In this document: one piece after another, positions 1 to 13,279 of the stretch | How the letters are laid out: each line of letters starts with the position of its first letter | How positions within the stretch are numbered: the stretch's first letter is position 1 | Assembly (NCBI GenBank): GCA_951406725.2 | Contig: OX597838.1 | Coordinates: forward strand, 26,660,001 to 26,724,000 | Source of the DNA: Octopus vulgaris | Lineage: Eukaryota | Reading direction: 5' to 3' | DNA length: 64,000 nt | The notes under the pieces: generated by a model | The model's input: the letters and a program-made list of their open reading frames with translations, nothing else | Told to the model about the DNA's origin: nothing | Database searches by the model: none | Position numbers and translations under genes: made by a program

Positions 1-1999
1 ACAGTGTTCTTGGTGCAAGGTCATATTGGCCAGTGATGTTTCGTTTTATGATCCAGAAAGTGAAAGCGCACTGACATCGGCAGAGATTGGCATAATAAAT
101 TGAAAGTCAATGTTTGGTAGTACTCGACTAAATTTGGCATTGAAATGAAGCTTAGGAGGTTTCTGTTCGAAAGCGAGAGTTTGTTTTGAATTTGTTCATG
201 CATAGAAGCAATGGCTGATCATTTTATGACAAACACCTGCAAGAAATCTAGACGACATGTTTAATATTGATGAGCTGACAGAAGGGAATTACATTGTATG
301 GGATATTTTCTATTAATATGACAAGCATAAGACATTAAAAACACTACAGTTGCAGTGAATAAAAATTAGTTTTCTGATCGAAACGTGTAGCTGAAATCTT
401 GAAATAATAAAAAGACTTGAAAGCCATACTAATATATTAAAATTGAAAGCCACATTAATAAATTTAATTATTTACTATATTAAAATTGGAATTTATAGGA
501 ATTTTCTAGACAGTGTAATTACTTTTTTTTTTTTTTAGTAAAAGTTACTTCCTCATAATTAATTCATAAGCAGCTTTCTTAATTATGGCTTAGATGAACA
601 TTGGAAAAGCAATTTACTTTCTCGCATTGTTGGGATTAATTCACACCTCAGCAGTATGGCTATAATGAACCAATGTGTTTGGTTAATCACCACATGTGCA
701 TGCAGGTATTATCGAAGTATTAGACAAGATTCTCTCTTATATACGCTTTTACTTGTTTCAGTCATTTGACTGTGGCCATGCTGGAGCACCGCCTTTTATA
801 GGTTTCATATGGCAATGCCTTGTTTTACAGAGCATATATGTTAGTGCGCAGTAATAGATTGCAAACAATACGTTATTACGGAGCAGATCGGTGTTAGTAG
901 AGAAGCAATATTTAACTGGTATAACTATTTTAGAGATGTATGTGCCAAATGGTTAAACAATTCTGTACAGGCTGGGAAAAACAATTTACACAATTTCTTA
1001 AATGTGTTTGACAGAATTATCCGGTCTTATTCTTATATTTTAGTTTATTATTAAGCAAATTTCAATAAAATAAATCAAAAGCATTCTCCAGAAAAAAAAA
1101 AAAAAACACATTTTACATTTACCATTTCATTAGGTTTATATCACTTTTACTTCATTTCAAAGAAAACAATTATTTCCTTTCATTTATTTACTGAGTTTCC
1201 AGTAAATGATCTCTGCCAACTTTAGTAGTTTCATTTTCTGGATCATAAAACGAAACATTGCCAGCCATACATATATATATATATAATACATACATCCTTC
1301 TTTTTGTTGGTTTTCTTTCTCTTAAGCATTCATTAATTTTACTCTTGAAATTCAAGTTTATTAAAAATAAAAAAGATTTTAAAAAAAACAAATAAATAAA
1401 TTAAAACATTTGTTGTAAGAGAAGAAACATTGTTTTTTTTTTTTCTTTGCTTTCATTTTCTTTAATGTAAAAAAAAAACCAATAAAAAAAAGGGTAGCTG
1501 CAAGGGAGATAACTGGGTGTTCATTATTAAATATGCCAGGCTGCGTGATCAATATTAGTTTATAACATAGGCACAAGGCCACAAATTGTGTGGGGTGGGG
1601 TGGGGGAGAGGAGGAGAGCAATCGATTACAATGACCCAAGTAGTTGACTGGTATTTGGTGTATCTATCCCCAGAAGGCTGGAAAGTTAAAGTGAACCCAC
1701 ACGGGTGGGATATAACATTAAAAAAAAAAGGAATTCTTTTGGAGGGGACATTTGCACTGAAGCATAACAGTAATAAACACATTATATATATATATATAAT
1801 ATATATATATATATGAGAAAGCATACTCAATACCGAATGTAGAGTTTAAGTTATAGAAAACATGGACTATAGGCTGAACAGTTGTGGCATAAATTTTATC
1901 TTTCTTTTCTATATTAGCATGAAACCCAGGGTCCTGGGTCCTGAATTTTTGCTGAGAGATTGTGGATATATATATATGGTGGTGGTAGTGGTGGATCAT

Positions 2000-3470
2000 T
2001 GAAATACTGCCGAGTATTTTGTGTGGCTCAGTAATGATTTGGCCAGCTCACTGCTTTCAATAATAATAATAATAATAATAATCCTTTCTATTATAGGTAC
2101 AAGGCCTGAAATTTGGGGGATGGGGATACTTGATTACATCGACCCCCCAGGACTCAACTGGTTCTTATTGACCCTGAAAGGATGAAGGGCAAAGTTGACC
2201 TCAACTCAGAATGTAAAGATGGACAAAATGCTGCTAAGTAATGATTTGGCCAGCTTATTGCCTTCTCTTTTATTTGTTTCAGTCATTTGACTGCGGCCAT
2301 GCTGGAGCACCGCCTTTAGTCAAGCAAATCGACCCCAGGACTTATTCTTTGTAAGCCTAGTACTTATTCTATCGATCTCTTTTGTCGAACTGCTAAGTTA
2401 CGGGGACATGAACACACCAGCATTAGTTGTCAAGCGATGTTGGGAGGACAAACACATACATATATATATATATACGACAGGCTTCTTTCAGTTTCCGTCT
2501 ACCAAATCCACTCACAAGGCTTTGGTTGGCCTGAGACTATAGTAGAAGACACTTGCCCAAAGTGCCACGCAGTGGGACTGAACCCGGAACCATGTGGTTG
2601 GTAAGCAAGCTACTTACCACACAGCCACTCCTGCACCTTCAGTAATAATAATAATTTTTGAGTTAGGCACAAGGTCCGTAATTTCGAAGAGAGGTGGGGG
2701 CTACTCTATATCAATGTCCCCAGTAATTTCATCAACCTTGAATGGATGAAAGGCAAAGTTCATCCCAGTGGGATTTGAACTCAGAATGCAAAGAGTTGGA
2801 ATAATACAACAAGTCATTTTGTCCAACGCTCTAACAATGCTGGAAATCCACTGTCCTTCAGAAAATGATTTCTAGTATAGGCACAATGCCTTGAATTTGT
2901 GGAGAGGTGTTAGTCAAATAAATCAGCCCCATTACATGGCTTGTATTTTATTGACCTTGAAGAGATAAAAATCAAAGTTGATTTTGACAAGATTTGAACT
3001 CTGAACCAGGATAAAATACTGCTAGATGCTCTAACAATTCACTCTCTCATCATGAATACAAAGCCACACAATTTTAATAAAAGCGTAGATGAGATTATAT
3101 TGATTCCCAATAACTGATTGGAGGTCATTTCATTGATCTTCTCTTGGAAAGATAGAAGAGAAACTTGACTAAGATTTGAACTCAGAACCTTAAGCGTTGT
3201 GACTAAATACCATACAAGACGTTATTCAATGTTCTGATGAATGTAGCAAATAAGAATTTCTAACATAGAGCATAAGGGCCAGAAACTAAGGGTTAAGGGA
3301 GAGAGAAGGAAAGATCAATTATATTGACGCTAGTATTTGGTCAGTTCTTTATTTTATTGACACCGGAAGAATGAAAGGCAAAGCTGACCTCGGCAAGATT
3401 TGAATTTTAAATGTAAAGGGATGGGACAAATACTACAAGGCATTTTATCAGACGTTTTAATGATTGTGCA
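2000..3470 (-). mobile_element. Head-to-tail array of degenerate SINE family B copies, interrupted by a family A copy
   Basis: The motif gaaaggatgaaaggcaaagttgacc...gatttgaactcagaa recurs near 2175, 2740, 2960, 3150 and 3365, partly separated by (TAA)n. Confidence 0.75.
2266..2637 (-). mobile_element. tRNA-derived SINE family A, near full length
   Basis: Reverse complement begins gcaggagtggctgtgtggtaag (A box) ...gggttcagtccc (B box), has an internal (TA)n and ends gactgaaacaaataaaagag. More than 20 similar copies occur in the window. Confidence 0.9.
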
Positions 3471-3852
3471 AAACAGTATTAATCTATAAATGTCTAAAGA
3501 ATATGATTAAAAAAAATTAAATTAATATCAACTATTCATCATCATCATCATCATGTAATGTCATGTTGGATGGTTTGACAGGATCTGGCAAACCATAGGG
3601 TTGTATTGAGCTCCAATATCTGTTTTGACATGGTTTTATACAGCTGGGTTCCCTTCCCGACACCAATCATTTTTGTACAACTAGGTCCATTTTAAAAGCC
3701 TACAAAAAAAAAGTTGTATGAAGCTGAATCAAACTTATTAAATATTAAATAATATATGTAATTCCTACCAAATGTATTGAATGCCACTTTTTTTCATTTG
3801 ACCACTCACCCATATTTGTGTATGTGTTTGTGTGTGTATATATATATATATA

Positions 3853-4218
3853 CTCTTTTACTTGTTTCAGTCATTTGACTGCGGCCATGCTGGAGCACTG
3901 CCTTTAGTCGAGTAAATCGACTCCCAGGACTTATTCTTTGTAAGCCTAGTACTTATCCTATTGGTCTTTTTTGCTGAACCGCTAAGTGATGGGGTCATAA
4001 ACACACCAGCATCGGTTGTCAAGCAATGCTAGGGGGACAAACACATACACACACACGACGGGCTTCTTTTAGTTTCCGTCTACCAAATTCACTCACAAGG
4101 CTTTGGTCATCCTGAGGCTATAGTAGAAGACACTTGCCCAAGGTGCCGCGCAGTGGGACTGAACCCGGAACCATGGGGTTGGTGAGCAAGGTACATTCTA
4201 CACAGCTACTTCTGCACC

Positions 4219-4220
<2 letters not shown>
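3853..4220 (-). mobile_element. SINE family A
   Basis: Same consensus as 2266-2637; flanked by (TA)n. Confidence 0.9.
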
Positions 4221-4264
<44 letters not shown>

Positions 4265-7200
4265 TATGGTTATATATGTTTTGTGTGTAAATTATTTTTT
4301 CTGATAATCCAATCAAAAGGTTCAGTACTTGATATGAGCTCAACATGGCAGCAATTACTGTGATGTGAGGATGATTTGACAACTATTTCTAGTGGGTCGG
4401 TGATTAACTATATAGAAATTCCTCCTCGGTTCAAAATATTTGGGAATAATTAGCACACATGATAAATTAACACAATGATTAACTTAGTTGTTTCAGAGAG
4501 AAAAAAAAAAAAAGGGAAAAAAAAAAACAATCGCCTAAAATGACCGCCACATGTTTTACTATAAGTTTGTAGCAAATATTTGTTTTCCCATCCTGGGATG
4601 GATGGGAAGTTCTTTGATTTATCGCTTGTTGGATTCCATATTTTTTGTGTGCTTTCCTTTTACAGCTGGATGCTCTCCCTACTGCTAACCATTCAACTGT
4701 GAAGGAGAGAAGCATGCCACAGCTAACTGAAGCAAACTGATATGGAATGGTATGTGTCTGTTTTGTCTTGTCTGGGAGTAGAACATAGAGGCAGGCCTTT
4801 AACAAGACTTTAATGCATAACAACAACCTTATTGGTAGGAGATGAACTCATCACTTAGAAGCAGCAGTGAAAATTTCCCTCTAATCACATCTTGCTATTG
4901 TAAGAAAGGTGGGGGAACAGCCAGTTTAGATAATGTAGTGTCATAACGTGTGTTTGTGTGCGTGGACTCAAACACCAGAGGGTCTTGTCAGGGCATGGTT
5001 GTAACATGAGGAATGTCATGTAGGGGTACTGTCATGAGATACTGTATGTGTCGGGCACTTTTAATGTTCAGGGTGACTTCTCACAGAGAGGTGGGGTACT
5101 GACTCCTTTCAGTTGATTTATTTATCAGCTCCAAAAAGCTCACAAGGAATGTTGGCCCCTGAGGGATTTAAACTCTCAGTGCTAACAGCCATAACAAATA
5201 CTGCAAGGCTTTCTGTTTGGAACTCAAATGACTCTGGTACTTTTAAAAGTACACTTTTTGGAGTCTCTAAAACAGTGTAAGGTACCACTAAAAAATAGAG
5301 CCTTAGGTTATCTCTAAAAGTACAGTGTAAGGTCCATCTAAAATAACAGTGTTAAGTGTGCCTAAAGTAGTCTTAGATACCTCTAAAAATACAAGGAATG
5401 TGTTGGAATTTATTTTATATGTCTGCTTGGTCAGGATAGTCCAGAGGCTAAACAACATCGGCAACTCATGATCATAATTATTTCTATAATCAACTGAAGT
5501 GCTAATAATGCCTGGATGGGATAAATAAATCACATCTTCATAACTGGGATATTTGATAAGGGGAATCTTTCCTGAAATATTATAGAGGCATTAAACAACC
5601 TATGTAGGGTAATACAGTATCTTCTTTTTGTTTTAATTCATTGGCATCATGTTATGTATTTTGTCTAACCTTTCACCCAGATTGCTTAAATGTTTCATTT
5701 AATATATATATTATATATCAAGATAAAACTGATTTTTCTTGTTGTGGCAGATAATTCAGCAGAAAATATTGGTCTTGAGTTGCATAGTTGGAGGTTGATA
5801 TATAATAGGGATAAGAGGGAGAAAACTGTAATTACAATGATATAGTTGTTGTTGCTGATTGTTTAACCTTCCCAGGTTTGCTGATAGAGCATCAGCTCTG
5901 TGATCAAAGAGCATTCCAGCAATGACCATCCTATCTATTTTCGCCCCCATTCAAAAAAAAAAAAAAAACCCCCGATATGGCTAGAACTACATTATCAAAT
6001 GTGTCATTCCTCATTTATTTCTTAGGATAGTAAGGTGTGAATTGAGGGATATTTGGCTGCTATTTTTAGCAGGACACGCAACCACATACAAGCCTCCCTC
6101 TTTAGCTCCCAGGTATTTATAATGAAGAGGTGGTGTAAACACAAGCAAACAAGACAACAAATCAACCCATTAAAACTTAATTAGTTTCAGTTTTACTTGG
6201 TTGACTTCAATGTTAACCAGAACAAGATAGTAAGTGTATTGGTGGTAGTGGAGGTGGTGATGATGGTACGCTGGTAATTGTGGTAATAAGAACACTAACA
6301 AAGAGACTGAAGTAAACAAGCAATTACTAGAATTGGCATAACTTTTTTTAGTTGTATCTCAGGAGGGTCATTATGCCAATAACAACACATACACTGGTTC
6401 TATTTCAGTTCACTTATCTTTTGTTGACCAATTAGATAATCAGTTGCTTGATTAATTGTCATGGGTTAAATAGTTAACCAACTGACAAATAAAAGTGAAG
6501 AAGTGAAACGCAACCAGTGTGTGTGTGTGTGTGTGTGTGTTTATAATTGGCATAATATAACTTTTCTTATTCTGTATCAGTGAAAGTACGACTGAGAATT
6601 TGTGAATACGAGTGACGGAGACTGGAAATGCCTACACTTATAAATATATTGTGAAGGCACACGGCTTAGTGGTTAGGGCGTTGCACTCACAATTGCGAGA
6701 TTGTGGGTTTGATTCCCAGGCCGGGCGTTACATTGTGTTCATGAGCAAAGCACTTCAGCCAATATTATAGCTGTTAAACTACTCACATGAGCTGGTTTGT
6801 TTTCAGTGGTGAAAGTTTGTGTAGGACCAATTATACCTTTCAGAAATGCTGACAGTAGAAAGTTGATTAATGAACAATAGAGCTCAGATTTTTTTCTACT
6901 AATGTTCTTGTTTTTCTGGGTTAGTTGCCTTTGCCATGGCAAAGTGTCCTACCCATCGGGATAGTGGCTAAGTGTGCATCTGGGTACCGAACTATTTGTT
7001 AAAACCTAAGTAAAATGGTAGAATCGAAAGAAATCCAACTGAGTTTGGCATCAGAGTGGCCATTGTGTTAAAGTAGAAAGAAGAAGGGAAGGAGGGACTA
7101 AAGGATGAAGCAGGGGTGGAAAAGAGGAAAAAGAGAAGGAAGAAATAAGGGGAGAAGGGAGAGAGAGGTGGAAGGAGAGATAGAGAAGGGTTGGAGTGGG

Positions 7201-8067
7201 AGAGAGCAGTGGAAAAAAGAGAGAGGGGAGTAGAAAGAGGAAGGAGAGAAGGTGATAGGAGGGGGCGGAGGTTGAGAGTAATGGGGTGGGCACTGATGAA
7301 ATATAAAAAAAAAAATTCCACTAATTGTAGGTATTTCTTAACACATAAAAAGGGCCAATAATTTCGAGAGAGGGAGAGAGAGAAGACATTGGTTGATTAT
7401 AGCGACGGAAGTGAAAGACTTGTTTCAGTAAAATGGTTTCTCACACTGGCTCAGCCCTTCCTCATGGCGGTGAAGATGACACTGCCACCACCACCACTGC
7501 TGCACAGTTTGAAAAAGAGGTGGGGGGAGGGAGTGAAGGTATAGTTGATTAGATAGACTGCAGTATTTGGCCAGTACTCATTTTATTGGCCCCCCCCCTT
7601 CCACTTTGACACCGCTCACTCAGTAGGATTTGAACCCAGAATATAAAGAGACATAACTAAATTCTGCAGGGATTTTATTTGTTCTCACCAAGCATGATTA
7701 TTATTTTTATTATTATTATTTATTCATCTATTTACTTTTTATTTATTTGTAAAATAATGTTTTAATTTTTTTTTTAATTTTCAGAGGGGAGAGGAGGGTA
7801 TGTTCTTGTGGCAATAAAAAAAAAAAAAGAGAGCAAAATAATTATCATCATCACCACCACCACCACCAGCACCACAACCATCACCACCAATTCTTAACTT
7901 TCAGTTTTGAAAAAAAAATAATAAATTCTGAAGTGTAAGAAAAAATATATAAAAACAAACAAAACAACAACAACAAAAATGGTCTGGCACTTAACAGAAA
8001 CATCAGACATGGCAAGGAATTAAAATAATGGCATTAACAACGAAAAAAAAAAATCGAAAAATGATAT

Positions 8068-8102
<35 letters not shown>

Positions 8103-8167
8103 CCTAATAATTTATGTTTTCAATGATGCTATCACTCCAGAATATTCTCCAATGACCTGTAATAAAA

Positions 8168-10739
8168 TCAATATAATTCATCATCATCGTCATCATAATT
8201 ATCTTCACTAGCATTACTTTTTGTGTATGTCCTGTTGTCATGGTAACTATCTTCAAAGGAAGAGTCAGAAACCACCTTGATAAAGTTTGTCCTGTCTTTG
8301 CTCCTCGTTTCCCTTTGGCGAGCATTCAGGAAACGCTGGCGGCCAGTGGTCAAAGGCTTGGTGAGCTTCGGCACCTGAGTGTCTGCTCGCGTCCCCCCCG
8401 CATTGTTTGTGCTCGCATCCGATGTCGAGACGTAGCTGTCGTCACTACAAGAGGTTCGTCGAGACGTGCTTCCCAGGTTTTCTTGCGACCCTCGCTTCGT
8501 TACCTCCGAGTAATCAAGGTAACTGGAACCCGAAGCATTCTCATCGGAATAGTTCAGCTCGGAATACATAGCACTGACACCATTCCGAGATGCAGAAACT
8601 TTGCTAGATAAATCTTTAGTTGATGCGGCTGGAATACGAGAAGTGTGTGCACTCGGAATTCGAGATTTTGGAATTCTTGTTTCGATAGATTCCTGAGAAG
8701 TTGGAACTCTGCTAAGTTCTTGAAGTGCTGCCGATATTTTCTCGACAGAATCGTTGTCGGAGTTTCTTTGGATCGATGAACGTCTCGAGTTGGTTCGTGA
8801 AGAACGTGAACTATAGGGTTGGTTAGCATTACTGTCCAGTGAAGAGGCATCAGTACAGTTTCCCTGGGACTCATTATCGACGCTATCAAACAGATCCATT
8901 GCAGCATTGGTGCTGTCGGTCGCTTTCACCATATCCTGCAACTCCTTCTGGCGATAAACTTCAAAAAGTCTTTCCATTTTTTCGTACATTTCTGGATCTT
9001 CAGGTGGAGCATCAAGCTCTTCGGGGTCTGAGACTTTCGGCATGATACCATTGACTGGAATCAGAGCTGCTTTGATTGCTTCCAGAGGATAGGGAGTCAG
9101 GTCATAATCACAGTTATCTTCAGGTTCTGCAGCTGGAGGAGGTCGTTTAGCTAACGATGCAGCCCGTTGTGAACGACTGTACTTCACATTGCTGCCATGG
9201 GCTGCGGTGCTGTTCTTGGTTGCTCCTGGCTTCGACAACTCAGACAGACGTTGACCCAGTGGACGTGTTTTGTTCTGAGCCAAGTCTGCTCCATCTTCCA
9301 TGCTGCTTGTACTGTCCAGTCTTTGGCGCTGAGAGAATCTATCAACACTCTGAGATCGGGGTTTCAAACTTGAACTAGCTGCCATGTGTTTGGCTCGCCC
9401 CACTTTGGGAGACTGGGAAATTTTCCGATCAGGCCGTGACATGTCTCCAACGGCATCTTTGGAGGCATCCTTTTTGCTTGATTTTGCAACCCCTGAACTC
9501 ATTTTGGGGACGCCCTGAGCTTTAGCTAAGGACACAGTGTGACCTCCTGAGTTTGTTCTCGAAACAGTAATTACTTGGGGGCTTTCTTTACTGTTGTAGC
9601 GTACAGCCGAAGCAGAACGCTTGCTGCGGTGCCATCTGTCAACATAACTAGGCAACAATAGCTTGTTCTTTGTCTCATCCATTGTCAGATCTCGTCTCGT
9701 ATTCAGACTCTGAGTAGATGACGACCGAGAAGAGAGGCCACTCTGAGACTGAAGACTACCACGACGACCTGGTGTTGGGGTGAGTGCTTCGTTATCTTCA
9801 TCAGCGGAAGACTGAGTATCGTCAGTTGAGTACTGCTTTGCCGCTCGTCGATGTGTGAATTCCTGAATACCTGGAGTCGAAGCTCTCCTAGGGACATTCA
9901 CTGACAGTTTGTGTCCACTGTCTAAATCTCTTGGTCCAGGGGTAGTGGACCTAGGAATTGCAATTTTAGATTTTGATGAAGACTTCTTAGTAGTTCCCAA
10001 GGAAAGGTCCTCCATTGATTGACGTAGACTCTTGTTATTACGACTATATTTTCTCTCTTGCTTTGGTGTATCAAACACAGAACTTTTATCACTTGGAGTG
10101 ACAGGACAAGAAAACTGGGAATTGGTAGAGCTGGGGCTTGTACTTTGAGATGTACAAGGTCTACTTGAGTCTTGTGAAGGAGATTTCATGGGGATTTTGG
10201 AATCTCCGTTTATATGCAATGAAGCTGGAGTGTTCGGCTTTGGAAGGAGACTACTGGATTTGCCTTTGGTGACATCTCTGTGTTGATTTAGGTTAGAGAT
10301 CGAACTGGAATTACTTTCAGAGGGTTTCATACAAATTTTGGACTCAGGAGACGGAGAACGCGTCCGGCTACTCGGAATTCTAAGGCTCTGCGTATTCTGA
10401 TGAAGATTGGAAAATTTCTGGTCTGTAGGTTGAGTTTTAGAAACATCCTTGTTATTATGTCCTGGATACTGAAGCCGGGAAACTTTGGAAGGACTGCTTT
10501 TGGTACTGGAACAGTTACTTCCGGTTGTCGATGCTGCCTGCGAGAGGTTCGACTCTACAGAACTGCTGATGTTGCTACCGTCTTTCGGCGCCGGCACAAT
10601 TTGGTTGTTGAGCAGATTTTTGAACTGCTCCAAGGTCATGGTACTAATTTGATTCATATCTAGTTTTCCGGAACGTTCTTTAGGGTCCACATCACTCAAT
10701 TTTTCAGAAGATGCACTTAATGATGAAGAGGCAGACGAT
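8168..10739 (-). CDS. GAS2-like gene, terminal coding exon (~856 aa Ser/Arg-rich tail with SxIP motifs)
   Basis: 870-aa ORF 8168..10780. Acceptor ttttttttccttctatttccag precedes 10739; 1+2571 nt to the stop, in frame with the phase-2 end of exon 14438-14840. Contains SKIP, TRIP, SRIP and SRIP. Confidence 0.92.
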
Positions 10740-10832
10740 CTGGAAATAGAAGGAAAAAAAAAAGAATGAGACTCAATCAACAGCGATGATTTAATTATAT
10801 TAATAAAAGATTTGAAATTTTAAAAAGTTTAA

Positions 10833-11709
10833 GGCATAGCTGTGTGGTTAAGAAGCTTGGTTTTTCAGTCACGTGGTTTTAAGTTAAGTCCCATTGTGCA
10901 GCACCTAGGGTAAGCATCTTCTACCATAGCCCTGAACTAACCAAAGCCTTGTGAACAAATTTGATAGATAGAAACTGTGCAGAGGCTGGTTGCATATATA
11001 TATATATATGTATATTTTGGGTTGGTGCGAAATTATTACGGCTTTTTTTCAAATTTTATTCAACAAAAACAATAACAATATTTAACAAAAACATCTTCAA
11101 ATGACGGTCTGACCCATCTGCCAAGCAAATGGGAAGCAGTAATTGAAGTAGATGGGGAATATGCTCCGGAATAATCATTTAAAGATGTTTTTGTTACATG
11201 TTGTTATTGTTTTTGTTGAATAAAAGCCACAATAATTATTCACCAAATCTATGTGTATATACAGGTGATCTGGAACTAAATTCTGTTTTTAAATGTCTCG
11301 CTTCGAGAATTGCATTCGGTACGATTTGTTTATTTTTGGTAGTTATGACTTTAAAAGTCCCTCCTAGCATGTGACATTTATGTGTAATAATGCCCTCTAT
11401 ATAATATAAAATATATATATATATATATCTTTTTTACATTTTATCTTATATTAAACTTTTTCATAGTTATATATATATTTAAAAAAAATTATATATATAT
11501 ATATAAATTCATAAATATAAATTAATAATTTTAACTTTTTAACTTTAAATTTAAATATTTTAAATTTTATATATTTTGTATATTATATTATTATATTAAT
11601 TATTTTTATTTCTGTGTTTTGGTTTATGTTTTTCACTGTTTGATTTGCCTAATAGTGGTTTTATCTCTAATTTAATTTATATCTATATCTATCTATCTAT
11701 CTATCTATC

Positions 11710-11744
<35 letters not shown>

Positions 11745-11945
11745 TCCCTCTGTTACTTGACAACCGGTGTTGGCTTGTTTATGTTCCTGAAACTTATTGA
11801 TTAGGCAAAAAGAAAAAAAAAACTAACAGGATAAGTACTAGGATTGAAATAGCAAACAAAAACAAGTGCTGGGATCGATTTGACCAAACCTGTTAAAGCA
11901 GTGCCCCAGCATGGCCGCAGTCCAAAGACTGAAACAAGTAAAAGA
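10833..11945 (+). mobile_element. SINE family A split at its internal (TA)n by a MITE and AT-rich inserts
   Basis: 5' half 10833-11010 (ggcatagctgtgtggttaag...); 3' half ~11740-11945 (...cagcatggccgcagtccaaagactgaaacaagtaaaag). Confidence 0.75.
11016..11251 (+). mobile_element. mariner-derived MITE
   Basis: Long imperfect TIRs (ttgggttggtgcgaaattatt...ttttattcaacaaaaacaataac / gttattgtttttgttgaataaaagcc...ataattattcaccaaatcta). The core reads GLTHLPSKWEAVIEVDGEYAPE*, resembling a mariner transposase C-terminus. Confidence 0.75.
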
Positions 11946-12498
11946 AGACAGTCAGAGGCAGACAGTCAAAGACCATGATCTTTGCAGTCAGCTCACAAAA
12001 CAATTCATAGTGTATGTGTGTGTACATACATACACAGACATATACATATATACATGCAGGCATGGTTGTGGAGTAAGAAGCTTGCTTCCCGGCCACATGG
12101 TCCTGGGTTCAGTCCCACAGCATGGTACCTTGGGCAAGTATTTTCTACTATAGCCTGAGGTGACCAAAGCCTTGTAAGTGGATTTGGAAGACGGAAACTG
12201 AAAGTTCATCATATATATCATATATATATATATATATATATGATTGATATTTATATATGTATATATATAAAACTTTTGACCAACAAACAAATTGATTACC
12301 ACCATTAATTTTGTTATTACCTGATTACCTGTATCCTATGTACATAGTATGCTAGCATAGTCATGCCCAGGGTTAGCATAGGTAAGTTACACATGTAGTA
12401 ATAATGGATATTCTTATCTCTTAGATGGTTACTCTAACCGCTAACTCTACTTACCTCTCTCTCTCACTGTATGTATATATATATATCACGTCATCACC

Positions 12499-12782
12499 AT
12501 CACGTGACCGACCAGTCCATCAGATGTAGTTACACATCGCTGGTCACAATGCGTTCGCATTGTTTTAGCCTTCGAATTACGCCACCCCGCTGGCTAAGCG
12601 AGCAGGCCAACAGAAGAAAGAGTGGGTGAAAGAGTACAGCAGGGATCACCACCCCCTGCCGGAGCCTCATGGAGCTTTTAGGTGTTTTCGCTCAATAAAC
12701 ACTCAACGCCCAGTCTGGGAATCGAAACCGCGATCCTACGACCGTGAGTCCGCTGCCCTACCCACTAGGCCATTGCGCCTCC

Positions 12783-12783
<1 letters not shown>
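12499..12783 (-). mobile_element. tRNA-derived SINE family C
   Basis: Reverse complement head ggaggcgcaatggcctagtgggtagggcagcggactc...ggtttcgattccc. Other copies at 39780-40082, 56170-56373 and 60084-60380. Confidence 0.85.
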
Positions 12784-12830
<47 letters not shown>

Positions 12831-12844
12831 GTGTGTGTGTGTCA

Positions 12845-13250
12845 GGCATGGCTGTGTGGTCAGGAAGCTTACTTTCAACCACACGGTTTCAGGTTCAGTC
12901 CCACTGCGTGGTACCTTGGGAAAGTGTCTTCTGTTATAACCTGAGGCTGACTGAAGCCTTGTGATTGAATTTGGTAGGTGGAAACTCCCTTTGTGTGTGT
13001 GTACATATTGTAAAAGTGTTTATGCTTCCAATAACAGATAAGAGGGTAATATCTATGCGTGTGTGTCTGTTTGTCCCTCATCACCACTTGACAACTAGAG
13101 CTGATGTCTTTTATGTCCCTGTAACTTAGCAGTTTGGCAAAAAAAAGAAACTGATAGAATAAGTACGAGGCTCGAAAAACAAAAAAAAAAAACGTCCTGG
13201 GACTGATTCCTTTGACAAAACATTCTTCAAGGTGGTGCCCCAGCATGGCC
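12845..13250 (+). mobile_element. SINE family A, diverged
   Basis: ggcatggctgtgtggtc...ggttcagtcccactgcgtgg...gatagaataagtac...cagcatggcc. Confidence 0.8.
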
Positions 13251-13279
13251 GTTCATTGCAACTTTTGAATCAGTGCAGT

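Noticed and set aside
340-420. Hammerhead/Penelope-like end (ctgatcgaaacgtgtag)
   Set aside because: No intact CUGANGA box or stems could be laid out; too degenerate to support.
8240-10663. Plus-strand ORFs overlapping the terminal exon
   Set aside because: Antisense shadows of the long coding exon.
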